A stretch of DNA of 64,000 nucleotides, from NCBI RefSeq assembly GCF_030144855.1, contig NC_082731.1, positions 25,854,001 through 25,918,000 of the forward strand, given 5' to 3'. The translations under genes were made by a program, and so were the position numbers. The notes under the pieces were generated by a model. That model ran no database searches and was not told the origin of the DNA. It saw only the letters and a program-made list of their open reading frames with translations. The first letter of the stretch is position 1. Every line of letters begins with the position of its first letter. The DNA is from Hypanus sabinus. Taxonomy: Eukaryota. This document shows positions 62,410 to 64,000 of the stretch, in pieces.

Positions 62410-64000
62410 CAGAATTAACTCTTTTAACTCATTGAGTCTGCTGCGCCATTTCATCATGGACTATCTATTTTTCCTCTCTGCCTCACCCACTTCCTTCCTC
62501 TGGTATCTCTTCACCTCCTTCCCAATCCCGAATCGATGTACCTCTTCATTAAACATACATAAAAGTCGTCACCTCAACAGTTGCCTGGGGTAACGTATTC
62601 CACAGATTCACAACTCTTCAACTAAAATAAATCCTCATCATCTCCGTTCTGAAATGACGCTAATCTGAGGCTGTCTCCGCAGGTGTCAGACATTCCCATC
62701 AAAAAGAAGCATCCTTTCCACATCTACGTTGTCATAACGAATCACCATTCCATAGGTTTCGGTGAGGTCAACCATCAATTTTCTGAATTCCAGTGAATAG
62801 AGACCGACAGCCAACCATATTACAAGCCGTTGATTCCTGGTATCATTTACATGAATCTTCTCAGAACCCCCTCCAGGTTCAGCACACACAATCAAAAATA
62901 AGGGGGATCACATTACTCCAGGTAGAGCCTTAGCAATGCTTCATAAAGCATCAAAATAAAACCCTTCTTATTACATTCTAGTCCTCTTCAAAAGAATGCA
63001 AAAATCGCATTTTGCTTCTTCACCAAAGACTCAATCAGCAGAGTAACTTTTAAAGAATCGCGTACAAGTCTTCAATCCCTTTGCACCTCAGATCTTTGTA
63101 TTTGCTCTCTATTCAGAAAATAGTCGAGCCTTTAATTTCTTCTTCCCATGTCCTTGTTCATGCACTCCCTGACTTTGGATTTCAACTGCCACTTCTTTGC
63201 CCATCCTCATAATCTCTCCAATTCCTTGGGTAGGCTTTGTAATTCCTCAGAATTACCTGCCCTTCCTCTTACCTTCGTAACGTCTACAAACTTTACAATA
63301 AGGCCATCCATGGCATTCGCATTTTACCTAAAAATTATCGGTCCCAACGCAGACCCCTGTGAAACACTACTAATCACTGCAGCCAACCAGAAAAGGCTCC
63401 CTTTCTTCCGACTCGTTGCCTCCTGCGAACATGATACTGCTTTTCCCATGCTTGAACCTTTCCTGTAATAGCACGTGTTTGTACGTTGATAAGCAGCTTA
63501 TCTGTAGCACCTTGTCATAGTCCTTCTAAAATTCTACGTACACAATATCAAACGGTGTTCCTTTGTCTATCGTGCTTGTTATTTCTTCAGGAATTCCAAC
63601 AGATTTATCAGGCAAGGATTCCTCTTAAAGAAAGCATGCTATCAACTACCTGTTTTAGCATGTGCTTCCAAGTACCCTCAACTCACACCCTGATCAGTGG
63701 GTTACTCCAGTATGGCCTAAATATCCTATAATCTACTTTCATTTGTCTCTCTCCGCTCTCGGAGAGTGGAGTGATATTTTCAATTTCGTATTCCATCTTT
63801 TCCTTCTTAATGACTTTTTATTTCCCTCTGTTGGTGCTTAAAAGCTTCCAAATCTGCAAACTTCCCACAAGAGATTGCTCGATGATATGCTCTCATTTTA
63901 ACTATTATGTCGGCTTTGAAGACTTGCTGTTCACGGATGCGCCATCCTGCCTTTAGTAAGCCTCTTCCTGTTTTTGGTGTGCACTTTCTGTGCCGTCCGA
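62410..64000 (-). mobile_element. CR1 LINE fragment upstream of predicted V5
   Basis: Aligns with 10560-12130. Confidence 0.8.

Larger units (their letters stand above)
59150..64000 (+). repeat. Segmental duplication unit 5 (upstream part; V predicted beyond the window)
   Basis: Colinear with 7930-12130 and 40-4560. Confidence 0.9.

Noticed and set aside
1-64000. CRISPR arrays, rRNA, tRNA or prokaryotic defence systems
   Set aside because: No such structures seen; the sequence is intron-containing vertebrate DNA

Overview
Vertebrate genomic DNA, most likely from a cartilaginous fish (shark or ray), inferred from the style of the antigen-receptor genes and the CR1/L1/RTE/Rex1/Penelope/Tc1 repeat landscape. 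It is not prokaryotic: I found no CRISPR array, rRNA or tRNA. The window is a tandemly duplicated antigen-receptor region, all on the + strand. It holds four Ig heavy-chain-type V segments (IgW-like/Ig-like; leader exon, 108-113 bp intron, V exon) at about 4.9, 12.6, 38.5 and 54.8 kb. Each has an open frame and a consensus or near-consensus 23-bp RSS, and a fifth V is predicted just past the right edge. The IgH D1, D2 and J segments that normally follow each V in a shark V-D-D-J-C minicluster are deleted or crippled in every unit, and no constant exon is recognisable. About 7 kb after V2 and 10 kb after V3 lies a second, TCR-delta-like D-(D)-J cassette: D segments flanked by 12/23 RSSs and J segments reading KL.(F/L)GNE.TLIVE(P/Q). 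The repeated unit therefore looks like a chimeric 'Ig V + TCR-type D/J' module. That reading is inference and needs locus context and transcripts. Most of the remaining sequence is decayed transposable elements, plus a 729-nt assembly gap.
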